Below are positions 10,885 through 22,115 of a DNA stretch of 64,000 nucleotides, piece after piece. The DNA lies in contig CP000069.1 of the NCBI GenBank assembly GCA_000002445.1, positions 864,001 through 928,000 of the forward strand. Reading direction: 5' to 3'. Source of the DNA: Trypanosoma brucei. Lineage: Eukaryota. A program made the position numbers and the translations under genes. Every line of letters starts with the position of its first letter. Position 1 is the stretch's first letter. The notes under the pieces were generated by a model. The model worked only from the letters and a program-made list of their open reading frames with translations, was not told the DNA's origin and did not search any database.

Positions 10885-13137
10885 ATGCTGCATGAAATTT
10901 ACGCTCCACGGGATGTCGCAAGTATAGCTTGGAGCCGGCGGAAGCTAAGTGATTTTCAAAAACTAGTAAATAAAATACGAGAGGGGTTTGTGCCACCAGG
11001 TCCAATACTACTTTACGGACCATCAGGTTGTGGTAAACTTTCGTCTGTGTTAGCCATTTTTCAGCAGCCACAGCCGCAAACTCCTGGGGGTGGTGGCTCC
11101 TCTTCGCGTTGCTCTTTTTCACGTGCTCGAGTGTTGCATTCATGTGACGCTTCACCATGGGAATATCACCAATTTCTGATGGGTGTTCTGTCTGAGCACG
11201 GTGGCGCTAACAATAACGTAGTGGTCGATTCAGATAAGTCGGTTACTGCTAAAGCTCTTCAACGGGGTGAAGGTTCGGACGGCTTTTGTGCGGCGGTACC
11301 ACATGTGGTAAAGTTCTACGGAGAAGCACCAACTTCACTTTTGCATTCGGTAACGCTTCGTTTTCTTAATTACTACAACGCATACAGACACGAAACTTCC
11401 CTATGTGGTAACTCCGTCGGCGCAGTGAAAGATGGGAACTTGCTCACTTTACGTCGACATATATTGGTTTTAATATTCACCACCCATGACACACACAATG
11501 AAAAGGTGGCACTGGGGAAATTGCTGCCTTCAAGTATTCTTAATCACCCTTGTTTGCACATGTTCTATTGTCCACCTGTGACGGAGCGAAGTTTAATTAC
11601 TTGCATTAAACGGGTATTCAATACGGAGCAACTTCAGAGACGGAAACAAGGGCAAACCCCTCCTCCTCCTCTAAATGATGAGGAAATTAAATTATTGGCC
11701 GAGCAATGTCATGGCGACATCCGCCACGCTCTGCTTCAAACTCAATGGCTTTTGTTGAACACAAATGATCATATAGCGGGTGAAGAGCAGAAGGTACAGA
11801 AGGCACCGCAGAAGCGGCGGAGGTCACCACGTGTTGGTGCTCAGGCATTGAGGAGTATGGAAGATCTCCTGGCTGATGATTTTGAAGAAAGCAATACGTC
11901 TGGAAGCATGGTAAAACCGCCCAGCACAGCTAAAGGAGACAATATGAATGGTGATAATGAGAACTCGAATAGCTCAAAGTCATTGTCGCAAGAAAATGAA
12001 GGTCTTTCAGTATCTAGAGATGATTATCTTGATGTCTCCCATGCTGCAGCACGCGTACTCACACAAAAGTACACAATGGAGTCAGTGGTGCAGCTACTCA
12101 ACGTGGAACCAGACAAATTACTCGGGTATCTCACAAACAACATGCTCCCTTACTTCCTTCCTGAACATATGGAGCCATGCGCACTAACCGCTGCCGCCGC
12201 GAGTTATTCCGATGCTCTACGTGTCTCAGCTGTTAATTATAGGTTTATTCGCAGCAACCATGGACTATTCACCACTTCGCTCACTGGTGACAATGAAAAC
12301 GAAGGAACAGGACCTACAGATATCAGATTGATATCCCTTCTACTCTTCGGCAAAGCTTATACTGTCTACCACAAAAATGTTTACGTTCCAAGTGTGTTTG
12401 GTGGGAAGCGGGCGCCCCCTCATCTCGCCTTTGCGTATCCACGGTTGAGGGAGTTGCAATTTGCTCGTGGTCGATATAAATTTCGTAACGATGAATTGGA
12501 AATGAATGAACATGACTCTGAGCGAGATGGGGAGAAAAAGTTTGCCCTATTTTCGAGTGAGGAGGAATGGCGTCGTGACTTTTTGCACCGCTTAGAGTTG
12601 CAGTTGTCTAATGGCGAAAATCAGATAGGACCTGTGGTTGATGTATTAAAGGAGACGCTTCCGCCACTTCTTGATAGGTGCAACTCACTGGATTCGCTTA
12701 TTCTTGAGTATGCACCATATGCGAGGCGGATTGTGCTCAATCACTCATCGTCCCCCTCGGAATCACCTATCCGTACTTGTAACGCAAATGTCAGCAGCCC
12801 TTCGAGATGCATTGGTGGTACTACGCCACCTCCGGAATTGAAGAGCGCAGGGGCGCTTTCACGTCCAAAGCGGACGTTATTTATGGTTGGACAGAAAACT
12901 ACGACAGTAGGCCATGAACAGCCCAAACGCCGGTGCTCGAACCTGAGATATCGTGCATTGTGTGTCGGACTCCAAAAAACGCCGCCAATCAGGGAAGAGT
13001 TTTTTTACTTACCCACCGAAGAAGAGGAATGTGATGATGATGCACCAGAGTGTTTTTCAGGGCAGACTACTGTGCGACCCAGCGGTGGTTCTTCATGGTT
13101 GCCCGAAGGAGAGGTAATTGAGGAGTTTAGCGATTAA
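10885..13137 (+). CDS. Rad17/RFC-like clamp-loader-type P-loop protein (Walker A degenerate)
   Basis: The first ATG is at 10885 (track GTG at 10873). N-terminus EIYAPRDVASIAWSRRKLSDFQ...PPGPILLYGPSGCGKLSSVLAI parallels the Rad17/RFC box II-III region (ILLxTGPxGCGKTT), but GKL replaces GK[ST]. The long remainder has no recognisable domain. Confidence 0.45.
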   Translation: MLHEIYAPRDVASIAWSRRKLSDFQKLVNKIREGFVPPGPILLYGPSGCGKLSSVLAIFQQPQPQTPGGGGSSSRCSFSRARVLHSCDASPWEYHQFLMGVLSEHGGANNNVVVDSDKSVTAKALQRGEGSDGFCAAVPHVVKFYGEAPTSLLHSVTLRFLNYYNAYRHETSLCGNSVGAVKDGNLLTLRRHILVLIFTTHDTHNEKVALGKLLPSSILNHPCLHMFYCPPVTERSLITCIKRVFNTEQLQRRKQGQTPPPPLNDEEIKLLAEQCHGDIRHALLQTQWLLLNTNDHIAGEEQKVQKAPQKRRRSPRVGAQALRSMEDLLADDFEESNTSGSMVKPPSTAKGDNMNGDNENSNSSKSLSQENEGLSVSRDDYLDVSHAAARVLTQKYTMESVVQLLNVEPDKLLGYLTNNMLPYFLPEHMEPCALTAAAASYSDALRVSAVNYRFIRSNHGLFTTSLTGDNENEGTGPTDIRLISLLLFGKAYTVYHKNVYVPSVFGGKRAPPHLAFAYPRLRELQFARGRYKFRNDELEMNEHDSERDGEKKFALFSSEEEWRRDFLHRLELQLSNGENQIGPVVDVLKETLPPLLDRCNSLDSLILEYAPYARRIVLNHSSSPSESPIRTCNANVSSPSRCIGGTTPPPELKSAGALSRPKRTLFMVGQKTTTVGHEQPKRRCSNLRYRALCVGLQKTPPIREEFFYLPTEEEECDDDAPECFSGQTTVRPSGGSSWLPEGEVIEEFSD

Positions 13138-13716
13138 AATTTGTATCCGGGTTTGGGGTTCTATCGGCATTTGCAGCAGCGAATGGCACACGTATGTGTT
13201 ACGTCCAATTTTTGTCTATTGTATTTGTGCAAGTGTGTTGTGAACGCACTGACATGGCCGATTCACTACCGAGTGCCTTTTGTTTCTGACATCGAGTTTT
13301 TGTAATTGTGCGGAGTTGAATTATGAATGACGCCCTACTTCGGTTGTTTTTCATATCGTTTGAGTGTCACACCTACGTTGCGCGCTAACTTGTTCATTAC
13401 ATCATCATTTTTTTTATACGTCTGGCACAGTGTACATGTCCACTTAACTTTTGGTCCACATTATGATGCATGTCTCAACACTTTTTTTTATACCTTTGCG
13501 TTCTCAACGTACTCATTTCTCCCTATTTTTCATCCCCCCCCCCGCAGAGTTCCGGCTTCGCAGGACACTACACTGGACGCAACTGCGATTCATATCTTAG
13601 GTGTGTTCCTGAAAGTGTACCAACCGGAGAGTCCCTTTCGTTAACTAACTGAACACCTCCTCCCTTTTCCGAGGGTTGTAGAAGTTGGAAACTTCCGCTG
13701 CACAAGGGTTTCGACG

Positions 13717-15306
13717 ATGGACACTTACGCAGCGTTGCTAAGTTTCAACTTTATGGCCTCGTGGCGGACGGGCAACACAGTGATCGATACAATGATCGCG
13801 ATCATTATTCCGTTCTTGACGGAGAAATTTTCTCGTTTTCTTACTGTTGACTGGCCGAACTTTATCAGGTGGGTTATTCATTTCTTCAGTGCAGGTCGTG
13901 AGGAGGCGCGGATTCAACACGGCCTGACTGATGAATATATGCACGCAGTAGATCTGACTGAGGGTGCTGTTTTACAGGAAGCTGTGGAGCAGTACGTTAG
14001 CGAACAGTTGAAGCCAGTGTATAAGAAAGGAGAATTTCTGTTTACCTATGTTGGGGTTCGTGACACGGCAAGTCGGTCAGATAATTTGGCCAAAGTACTA
14101 CGCCAAGACTTCAAACTTATCTCCCGTCCCTTGAAGGAAAAAACAGATCTTGGTAACGGTATAACGTTAGAAATACGGGAGGGTGAAGATGTTGCAAGCG
14201 ACGACAGAGGGGATGGAACATCGAATGATAGACATAAAGGCCTTTCCGGTGAAGTAAGTGAGGGAACCGTATCACGCAAAGCAATTATGCGAGAACTTGT
14301 CCTAACAGCTGATGGGAAGTTAGGAAACGGGAAAGACAAAGTTATGGAACTTGTGCACAACGCCTACGATCTGTACGTTAAAAGGAGGGACGACACAGTT
14401 AATACTCAACGCTACCTCTACCAAGTTGTTCAGAGTGGAGACGAGAAATCGGCCTCCCAGCCAGGGTTAATGAGGGTTAAGCGATATCCCTTGTATGATG
14501 TGAAATCGTTCAAGTCACTGTTCTTCCCCAATAAGCAAAAACTCATTGACCTTGTTGATCAATTTGAATGTAAAACCGGTAAATTCGCGGTACCGGGATT
14601 TCCTCACAAATTAACACTTCTTCTGCATGGTCCACCTGGAACCGGCAAAACAAGCCTCGTAAAAGCGATTGCTCAGCACACCGGACGGCATATTATGGCT
14701 GTTCCCTTATCACAAGTGCGAACGAATCAGGAACTTATCGCCTACATGAATGATCAGCAGTTCGAAATTGTCAACAGTCGAGGGAGTGTTACAAAGATAT
14801 CTCTTCGCGCAGAGAGGGTCATCTATTTATTGGAAGATGCTGATGCCACTTCCGATATCATATTAGCAGCGAAGAAAAATGACAATGCAGCCACTAGGGC
14901 GCTGAGCGACGCTGTCAAACCATTTAAGAATATCGATTCTATTAGTATTAAAGGAGTGTTGGATGCCTTCGGTGGCATACTTTCCGCACCGAGGAGAATC
15001 ATTATAATGACGACGAATCATATTGATCGACTTCATAGCTCACTAGTAAGACCGGGGTTTGTTACCATGCAACTATACCTGGGAGAGTTCACGGAAGAAT
15101 ATGCTTTGCAAATGGCAAGACATTATTATGGTTGTGACCCCACAAGTGAAGAGCAGCTGCAATGTCTTGAGCGCGTTTTGCGCGAAGCGGGTGAGAAGGG
15201 AATTCGTTTTAGTCCTTCAGAGATGGAGCAACTCTGTGCCGAGTACGATACCCTTCAAGAGCTCGTGGAGGCATGCGCAAAAGGAAGTAGGCGATCTGTC
15301 TTCTAG
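13717..15306 (+). CDS. BCS1-like AAA ATPase (mitochondrial chaperone BCS1 family)
   Basis: ATG at 13717 verified. Hydrophobic N-terminus is followed by Walker A LLLHGPPGTGKTSLVKAIA, Walker B IYLLEDADA, and IIIMTTNHIDRLHSSLVRPGF, which parallels the BCS1 TTNH...RPGR region. Confidence 0.8.
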   Translation: MDTYAALLSFNFMASWRTGNTVIDTMIAIIIPFLTEKFSRFLTVDWPNFIRWVIHFFSAGREEARIQHGLTDEYMHAVDLTEGAVLQEAVEQYVSEQLKPVYKKGEFLFTYVGVRDTASRSDNLAKVLRQDFKLISRPLKEKTDLGNGITLEIREGEDVASDDRGDGTSNDRHKGLSGEVSEGTVSRKAIMRELVLTADGKLGNGKDKVMELVHNAYDLYVKRRDDTVNTQRYLYQVVQSGDEKSASQPGLMRVKRYPLYDVKSFKSLFFPNKQKLIDLVDQFECKTGKFAVPGFPHKLTLLLHGPPGTGKTSLVKAIAQHTGRHIMAVPLSQVRTNQELIAYMNDQQFEIVNSRGSVTKISLRAERVIYLLEDADATSDIILAAKKNDNAATRALSDAVKPFKNIDSISIKGVLDAFGGILSAPRRIIIMTTNHIDRLHSSLVRPGFVTMQLYLGEFTEEYALQMARHYYGCDPTSEEQLQCLERVLREAGEKGIRFSPSEMEQLCAEYDTLQELVEACAKGSRRSVF

Positions 15307-15850
15307 TAATCTCTCTTTTTGTTTTACTTGACCTTTGAAAGCGTCATGTGTGAAAGAAAAAGAAAAAAAAAGAGCAGCGAGTGGGAGGAAAGAGAGTGCG
15401 TAGATGCACCAATTTTGTTCCGATTGTGCACTGGTGGTGCTGTGGTTATTTTTGATTTGTCTTTTTCGGCGTTGGGGGTAGGGAAATACCGCCAACTTTC
15501 CGCATTTCTGAGTTGTAGAGGAAGTAACTTGCAACTTTTCGCTTTATTTATCAACTGTGATGGGGAGTAATATTATATTTTATTTTACGTGAGCTTTTAC
15601 AGTTGCAGGCTTTCGGGAAATCCGCTCGCTTTCCCCCCCCCTTCATCTGTATTCGTTGCTGTTTTGGAAACCTCCACAAACACTGTGCACAATCTTAAGG
15701 AACATACCTCTGCATAGGTGTAGGTAATTCAGCACATCGCCACAACCACCGTTTGTTTGTTCATTTTTACCTGTTTTGCCGTATATTTAAAGGTCCTTAC
15801 CACAAAGAAAGGAAATCATTAAGTGTGATCAGTACTGGTGATCGGGTTTC

Positions 15851-16606
15851 ATGGAAAAAGAAAAAAAAACAGTGAATATTCTACTGCTAGTTACGGGCAG
15901 CATTGCAGCCGTAAAGGTGGGTTTACTTTTGGACCAACTTGTTGATGAGGCGTGCAGTGTTCGCATTGCTGCAACCAAATCTGCTTTTCACTTCATCACA
16001 CGGGCTCAGCACTCCAGAAAGGGTATACAACTTAATCGGATTCTGACGGATGAGGATGAATGGAAGGAGTGGCAGGGGATGAATGATGCAGTGATGCATA
16101 TTGAGCTTCGTAGATGGGCAGACATTGTCGTCATAGCCCCTCTTGACGCTAATACATTAGCGAAATTGGCTGTTGGTATGTGTGATAATCTCGTTACATG
16201 TGTTATGCGAGCGTGGGAGGTACGCAAGAAACCTGTGGTGTTGTGTCCAGCTATGAATACCGCCATGTGGACGCATCCTGTCACCGCTCAACAGTTGCGT
16301 ACGTTATGTGATTGGTACGGTGGTGATCCCTCTCAGTTACATATTGACGTCGAAGAAGCTAATGAGGAGGGGTTTAAAGCAGTGCTACCCAACACCTTAG
16401 AAACCTCTCTGTTCCAAATCGTTGGCCCGGTGAAGAAGCGACTGGCGTGTGGTGACGTTGGTATTGGTGGAATGGCTCCTGTGGAAGAAGTGGCACGGGC
16501 AATAAAACACACAGCAAGCCTCATTAGAGCTGCGCGCGCCACACCAGCAACCACTCTCGAAAATGAAACGAATAAGAACGGTAAGGGCGCGGATGAACCG
16601 CAATAA
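15851..16606 (+). CDS. PPCDC: Phosphopantothenoylcysteine decarboxylase (flavoprotein, HAL3/CoaC family)
   Basis: ATG verified. The product is near-collinear with PPCDC: LLLVTGSIAAVK, HIELRRWADIVVIAPLDANTLAKLAVGMCDNLVTCVMRAW, and CPAMNTAMWTHPVTAQQ (the PAMNxxMW motif). Confidence 0.9.
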   Translation: MEKEKKTVNILLLVTGSIAAVKVGLLLDQLVDEACSVRIAATKSAFHFITRAQHSRKGIQLNRILTDEDEWKEWQGMNDAVMHIELRRWADIVVIAPLDANTLAKLAVGMCDNLVTCVMRAWEVRKKPVVLCPAMNTAMWTHPVTAQQLRTLCDWYGGDPSQLHIDVEEANEEGFKAVLPNTLETSLFQIVGPVKKRLACGDVGIGGMAPVEEVARAIKHTASLIRAARATPATTLENETNKNGKGADEPQ

Positions 16607-17263
16607 AAATAATGGTATAGGACCGAGGAAAGTAAGGTGGTCGGCACAACAACTCATGCGCAGTCACAGAAGCGCTATTAATTCCATGAAACGTTGATTA
16701 AATTTTTTTTTTCGCTGCCATTGTTCTTGTTTATTTTTATGTTGAAGTATATGATGGTGCAGCGAATACGTCTTTTAAATCTATCGCACGCTATCCACAT
16801 CACTTCTACATTTCCTTTTTTGTTTGCTGTGTGCATTTGTGTTTGTTATTTTTACTAGTGAAACCCGCAGGTGGTCGCGTTAGTTGCTTCGCTTACAATG
16901 ACAACTTCCTGAAATCGTGTCTTCTTGGTTCACACTTCATTAATCAAATGCGTGCCTCGTTATGAGTGGGAATGATGTTCCTTGTTTACAAATGAATGCG
17001 ATATCCTTTTCTTTTGTGTTCATGTCGGAACTGCTTCTTCGTATATAGGTACTGAGTTTCTTCGGTACCGTTTACACCACACTTATTGGATATTTTCACT
17101 GTTGTTATCAATGCTGTCGATGGTTTTTTTTTTCTCTCTGCTGAAGTTTGCTCTTATAACCACACATCTGGAAAAGAAAAAGAGCGAGCAACCAGTGTGC
17201 AAGGTGTAAGTTTTTCTTTGTTTTTCTGTATTTGGACTAAGAAGTCACTTTGTATGGTATAGT

Positions 17264-18157
17264 ATGGATGGCAAGGAAGATGGTTTAAACAACCGAAACT
17301 CAAATACGGATACTTCTAAGGATTTTCAGATAGTGGAGTTGCGTGCCATTGAAAAGGAACTTTTGGTACTGAGGGCACGAAGTGAAGCTTGGGAGTCAAC
17401 CGTAGCGGAGGTATTGGAATGGATCTCAGGTGCCTTAAGGGGAGATCCCCTCCATCTTCAACTCATAGAACTTCTCCTCGAAGAGCTTGACGGAAACGGA
17501 GGAATCGAGAGGGTCCTCACTGAGGAGAAATTTTGTAAATTCTGCGGCTCACCTCTTTTTAAAATGCATGATAAGTTGCCATATTCATCATCGAGGTCTG
17601 CTTTTAGTGGAAGAGAAGCAAGTGTCTACGTTACCGGAAGCAACGCAGATTTTGAACAGAAATATTCACACGTTTACACAACTTCCTTTACATCGTCCTC
17701 GTTACCAGAGGGCAAACCCAAATGGTCAGGAAGGGCAGATTCACCGGAATTCAAAAATCCGTTTTATAACCAGTGCAGGTGCTCGAGCAGTCCTCCACAA
17801 GGTAGACCAGAAGATTCATATGGGCAAACGTATGCCCAGAACCGTCGCCACGGAAGTTACTGGAACTCAGCGGAAAGGCAAAGCAGTTGCGTATATAGCA
17901 GCAACAGGGGTAGCCAATCTGGTAGCTGTTATATGAATTTTCCAGGCTATCACAATGTCTGGGGAGCACCTACTGATAACAGTACGGCTTACGAGGCTTG
18001 TTCAACTTCGGAAACGTGGAGAAATTACCCAAATGAATCTCGTTTTCACGTATTTGATAGTGGAAGCGACGAACAGCGTCCCATAGATTATTTGTACATC
18101 CGTGCATCTGGAAGAATAATCCCTGTTGACCCAAGCGACCGCTGGCCCTTTTGTTAG
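17264..18157 (+). CDS. Hypothetical protein, Ser-rich, no recognisable domain
   Basis: ATG verified. 297-aa ORF on the + strand, in register with the polycistron, with a pyrimidine-rich region upstream. No motif recognised. Confidence 0.5.
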   Translation: MDGKEDGLNNRNSNTDTSKDFQIVELRAIEKELLVLRARSEAWESTVAEVLEWISGALRGDPLHLQLIELLLEELDGNGGIERVLTEEKFCKFCGSPLFKMHDKLPYSSSRSAFSGREASVYVTGSNADFEQKYSHVYTTSFTSSSLPEGKPKWSGRADSPEFKNPFYNQCRCSSSPPQGRPEDSYGQTYAQNRRHGSYWNSAERQSSCVYSSNRGSQSGSCYMNFPGYHNVWGAPTDNSTAYEACSTSETWRNYPNESRFHVFDSGSDEQRPIDYLYIRASGRIIPVDPSDRWPFC

Positions 18158-18891
18158 GGTACGGTTTTGAGAGTTTTTTATTTGTATTGTTTTCATGTAC
18201 TTTATCTTTTGTTTACGGTTTCTCGTGTCCTCGTGCAATGACGGGCTCAAAAGCCTTTTATTGCATTGGTTACGCAAAAAAAAATAATAATAATAAGTTC
18301 TTGGCGAAAACTATACTTTGGAGGATAACACGTGGAGAAAAAAAAAAGGAATATATATGGTGCGATGGGGAGAGAGCTGGGTACCTTAAATGGCGCAGTT
18401 AACTACAATTGTTACCAGTGCACTGTTTGTACTCCTTTTTAGTTCTTTTCCTTCACACATGCCAAGGTTTGTGTGATGTCATTTTTTTCGAATGCCTCAT
18501 TGCAAGCCTTTCGTATCGGACTGACGTTTGAAATACTTTTATTTTGTACCAAATTGATTTTCTTTTCGCTTGTATATTCCTCTTCTTCTGATTCTTGCTA
18601 ATATTTGTAGGTACATCACGTGAATAACAGTTTTTGATTTATGCTGTTCCATGTTGTCGTTTTTTTCCCCCTCGTCGAATCACTTAGCAACCTTTTTCAT
18701 ACCTATTCGTGTATTTGTGGGTGGGTTGGTGGATACGTGCTTCCTGTTCATTATTACTACGTATGCAAGGATTGATCGTTGTTACTACCGTTTCCCATCT
18801 CTTTATTGCGATATCACACGAACGAGAAATCTCGTTTTCCAATTTTTTCTTCTTTATTGAAATTACTGGAGGGCATCTCTGTGTTACAGCC

Positions 18892-21800
18892 ATGTCTAAG
18901 CTTTACAAGGCTCAGACAGAGATGGTGCACACATGGGAGTTTACCGCCTTTATCCGTGCAGTAGGCGAAGCCCGCTCTAAACAAGAGGAAGACGAAATCA
19001 TACAACGTGACCTCGGTAATCTCCGCAAATCTTTCGAAACCGCACACGTGGAGGACTGGCTACTGAAAGAGTACGTTGTGCGCGTGCTTTACGCTGAAAT
19101 GCTCGGGCACCCAGCCAAGTTTGCGCACATTCATTGCGTGAACCTTTCAGCAAGCCCTGACTTGCTGGTGAAGCGCACTGGTTACCTTGGAACTTGGCTC
19201 ACAATTGCACCACAGGAGGATATCATGATTCTCATAGTGTCTAATTTGCTACGCGATATGAATTCATGTAATTTTCTTCACACTGCTGCAGCATTAACTG
19301 CGGCATCGAAAGTAGTGCGGCGCGACCTCATCTGTGCGATCAAACCGGAAGTGGTGAAGTTGCTTGACCACTCAGCACCACTAGTACGGAAAAAGGCTGT
19401 GATAGCGCTGCACGCCCTCTATCGTAACACAGCCGATCTTATCGACTACAAAAACTTTTTTCTCAGGGCACTAGGTGATCCTAATCCTGCTGTTGAAGCC
19501 GCCGCACTTTCCCCATTGTTAGACATTGTCCAAACAAATCCCGAATTGTGCCGAGACCTGACAGAGACTTTCATAAAGGTTCTCGAAAAAGTCGTTAGCC
19601 GCCGGCTGTCAGGGGACTACGAGTACCAACGCGTCCCAGGGCCTTGGTTTCAAATCCAAGTTATGCGGATTCTTGCAGCCCTAGTATGTGACAGCCGTGA
19701 ACTTGCTGCAAAGTGTGAGTACGTTTTGACTGAGGTTATCACGAGAGCAGACACGGGGTCTACCATTGGATATGCAGTTGCTTGCGAAGCAATTAGCTTG
19801 ATAACTCGAATTCCGACGATTCCCTCTCTGATCGAACTTTCAGTTGAAACGACCGCAAAGATGTTTGCCACGAGGAATGTGAACTTGCGCTATACTGCTA
19901 TTCAGGCACTTTCCAACCTCGCGTGTATCAACACTGACTATCTTCGCAGACATCAGGAAGACATTTTGGAATGTTTGGGGGATGGTGACGAGATGATTCG
20001 CCGCAAAACGACGTTCCTACTCCTTTCGATGTGCAACGAGGGAAATGTGGATATTATCGTTAAAAAACTGATCAAATATTTGAATAGTCAGATCGATAAG
20101 TATGTTCTTCAAGAGCTCACTCAGAGCATCTGTAGAACGGTGGAGCGTTTCAGCATGAGAAGGCTATGGTATATTAGTACGATGAACAGACTGCTTCTTT
20201 GCGCAGCCGAGCATGTTCCATATTCCTCAATTCAAGGAATGTTGAAACTCATTGTCGAAGGCGGTGAATCTGGGGACGAAGCGTCGGATGTGGCATTTCG
20301 TTTGCGTTGTGTGGAGGATTATTTTGGACTGATTAGTTGCTCACAAAAGAAAATGCCAGATGCTTTGTGTCGTGTGGCCGCGTGGGTTGTTGGTGAGTAT
20401 GGCTTCCTTGCCACTGCGATAAATCGAAGACTGATGGTTGACGGACTGTGCGATTTGTTTGCTAGAACGGACAGCGGTGATGCACGGGATTGGATAATTA
20501 TGGCGGTGATGAAAATTGTTGCCAGTGATGGTGTGGTACCAGAGAATGTGAAGGAGCTCATAGAGCGCTTCAAGGATAGTAGGATCGCTACGACACAACA
20601 ACGCTGTTACGAATTTTCGAGGCTCACGCAAATGTTACCTTTGATGAAACGGTCGCTACCGTTGGATAGGTGTTGTGAAGAGGTCGATATCGAGGAGACA
20701 TTGAGTTTTCTCAACCCCTTCGTGCAGAAGGCGCTGCTCGGTGGTGCAAAACCTTATGAGAAGCGACCTGTTTGCCGCGAGGTTCGGATGGAGATTCCGC
20801 TCTGCATTGAAAAATATGAAACTCCTCAACTGAAAACTTCGGAAGCGAGTTTGACTTGCGAAGTGTGCGACACGGAGGCGAAACCACCGGAACTCGCAAT
20901 ACGCCCCAGCACGAGGCGATGGGGCGCTAAGACCGGTAACGCAGCTGCAATGGTTAACACGGGTTTGGCGCCGGATTCACACATGCGGGAAGTCGGTGGC
21001 GGCGAGAGGATAACCTTATCGGCTCAAGTGGCTCGCACGGGTGCGACGTTAGATGAACCTTGCGGAGTCTTTGGGCCACAATGTGACCAGTCCTTACCAG
21101 CTACCCCACCGACTTTAGGTACAAAGTGTTCTAAAAACAAAAAATTGCTGGAAGATATTTTTGACGCATCAGTTCAGCTGAAAAAATATCCCCACGTTGC
21201 GCAGCAGGTGCCAGATTTATTTGAGGCTGTCGAAGTGGAAAACAAAAAGAATCTGGCAGGAGAGAACGGCTCGGCTCTTAGCGTCCACATGGAACACGTA
21301 AGGGAAGAAAGAGCGGTGGGTATCACATTGTTTATAGTTGGCAACGTAACGGTGAATGATCTAGTAGTCAACGTACTTCCTCCGTCTAACTGCACTCTCC
21401 ATGTCACATCACATTCTGTACAATCTGCGAAGCTTACCGGAAGTACTACTATTACTATGGAGACACTGAAGGTGAATCAGTCACTCGAGGTAGTTATGCA
21501 GCTTCTTCTTACTGGATTCCCAAATGATATGCATGTGCGGGTAAAGGTAGTTTATCGACGCTCCGAACCCTTTGACATGATTGACGTTGGTAAATCAGAG
21601 TCCAAAACTGCGACCATGACGCTGCAAGTCGGTGATTTTCTTCGCCCGGCTTCGTCGATGACTACCGACACGTTCGGCGAGATGTGGCTGAAGTATATCG
21701 GGGAATACAAAACAACACTTCACGGCACTGCAGCATTAACACTTGAGTCTATTAGCCAGTTGCTGATGGAGCGGGCCTCCCTACGTGTCGTAGAAATGAT

Positions 21801-21969
21801 TGGAAATGAACTCATAGTTGCGGCTGTGCTGCCTGGAACTGATCAACTACTACTGGGCCACGTTGTCCTTGTGGATCATCATTGCGCCAACGCGACCTTT
21901 CGTGCGCAAGATAAAAGGTTAGCGGAGTTTGTAGTCCGCTCATTGGACAGCGCGATACCATTGTCGTAG
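18892..21969 (+). CDS. AP-4 adaptor complex epsilon subunit (adaptin large chain)
   Basis: The track ORF opens at 18709 through a pyrimidine-rich tract; the plausible start is ATG 18892 (MSKLYKAQTEM). N-terminus LKEYVVRVLYAEMLGHPAKFAHIHCVNL...KRTGYLGTWL matches the AP4E1 N-terminal adaptin region. C-terminus EMWLKYIGEYK...VVEMIGNELIVAAVLPG matches the AP4E1 C-terminal domain (KLWLSF...IIEIIGNEGLLACQLLP). Confidence 0.8.
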   Translation: MSKLYKAQTEMVHTWEFTAFIRAVGEARSKQEEDEIIQRDLGNLRKSFETAHVEDWLLKEYVVRVLYAEMLGHPAKFAHIHCVNLSASPDLLVKRTGYLGTWLTIAPQEDIMILIVSNLLRDMNSCNFLHTAAALTAASKVVRRDLICAIKPEVVKLLDHSAPLVRKKAVIALHALYRNTADLIDYKNFFLRALGDPNPAVEAAALSPLLDIVQTNPELCRDLTETFIKVLEKVVSRRLSGDYEYQRVPGPWFQIQVMRILAALVCDSRELAAKCEYVLTEVITRADTGSTIGYAVACEAISLITRIPTIPSLIELSVETTAKMFATRNVNLRYTAIQALSNLACINTDYLRRHQEDILECLGDGDEMIRRKTTFLLLSMCNEGNVDIIVKKLIKYLNSQIDKYVLQELTQSICRTVERFSMRRLWYISTMNRLLLCAAEHVPYSSIQGMLKLIVEGGESGDEASDVAFRLRCVEDYFGLISCSQKKMPDALCRVAAWVVGEYGFLATAINRRLMVDGLCDLFARTDSGDARDWIIMAVMKIVASDGVVPENVKELIERFKDSRIATTQQRCYEFSRLTQMLPLMKRSLPLDRCCEEVDIEETLSFLNPFVQKALLGGAKPYEKRPVCREVRMEIPLCIEKYETPQLKTSEASLTCEVCDTEAKPPELAIRPSTRRWGAKTGNAAAMVNTGLAPDSHMREVGGGERITLSAQVARTGATLDEPCGVFGPQCDQSLPATPPTLGTKCSKNKKLLEDIFDASVQLKKYPHVAQQVPDLFEAVEVENKKNLAGENGSALSVHMEHVREERAVGITLFIVGNVTVNDLVVNVLPPSNCTLHVTSHSVQSAKLTGSTTITMETLKVNQSLEVVMQLLLTGFPNDMHVRVKVVYRRSEPFDMIDVGKSESKTATMTLQVGDFLRPASSMTTDTFGEMWLKYIGEYKTTLHGTAALTLESISQLLMERASLRVVEMIGNELIVAAVLPGTDQLLLGHVVLVDHHCANATFRAQDKRLAEFVVRSLDSAIPLS

Positions 21970-22094
21970 GAAGTGAAGAAATATAGCGAGTACATAGTGG
22001 TAAGGAGGAGTCAAGCAACGAACCTTTTCTTTTTAAATTGTATGTAGCTAACGGCTGGTATGTGTTAACCACCGCTCATAGTTTTTTCCCGTAT

Positions 22095-22115
22095 CTGTCT
22101 GTCTGTCTGTCTGTC
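22095..22115. repeat. (CTGT)5 tetranucleotide repeat abutting a start codon
   Basis: Read directly. Forms part of the pyrimidine-rich 5' region of the Pus3-like gene. Confidence 0.85.

Noticed and set aside
18709-18891. Upstream extensions of several track ORFs (AP-4 epsilon from 18709; others at 19, 4360, 6339, 9459, 10873, 23699, 27201, 28476, 31691, 40875, 44104, 48219, 57699)
   Set aside because: Reading the raw sequence shows these tracks start at TTG or GTG, which nuclear kinetoplastid genes do not use. The extensions run through pyrimidine tracts or (TA)n. I re-anchored each gene to the first in-frame ATG.
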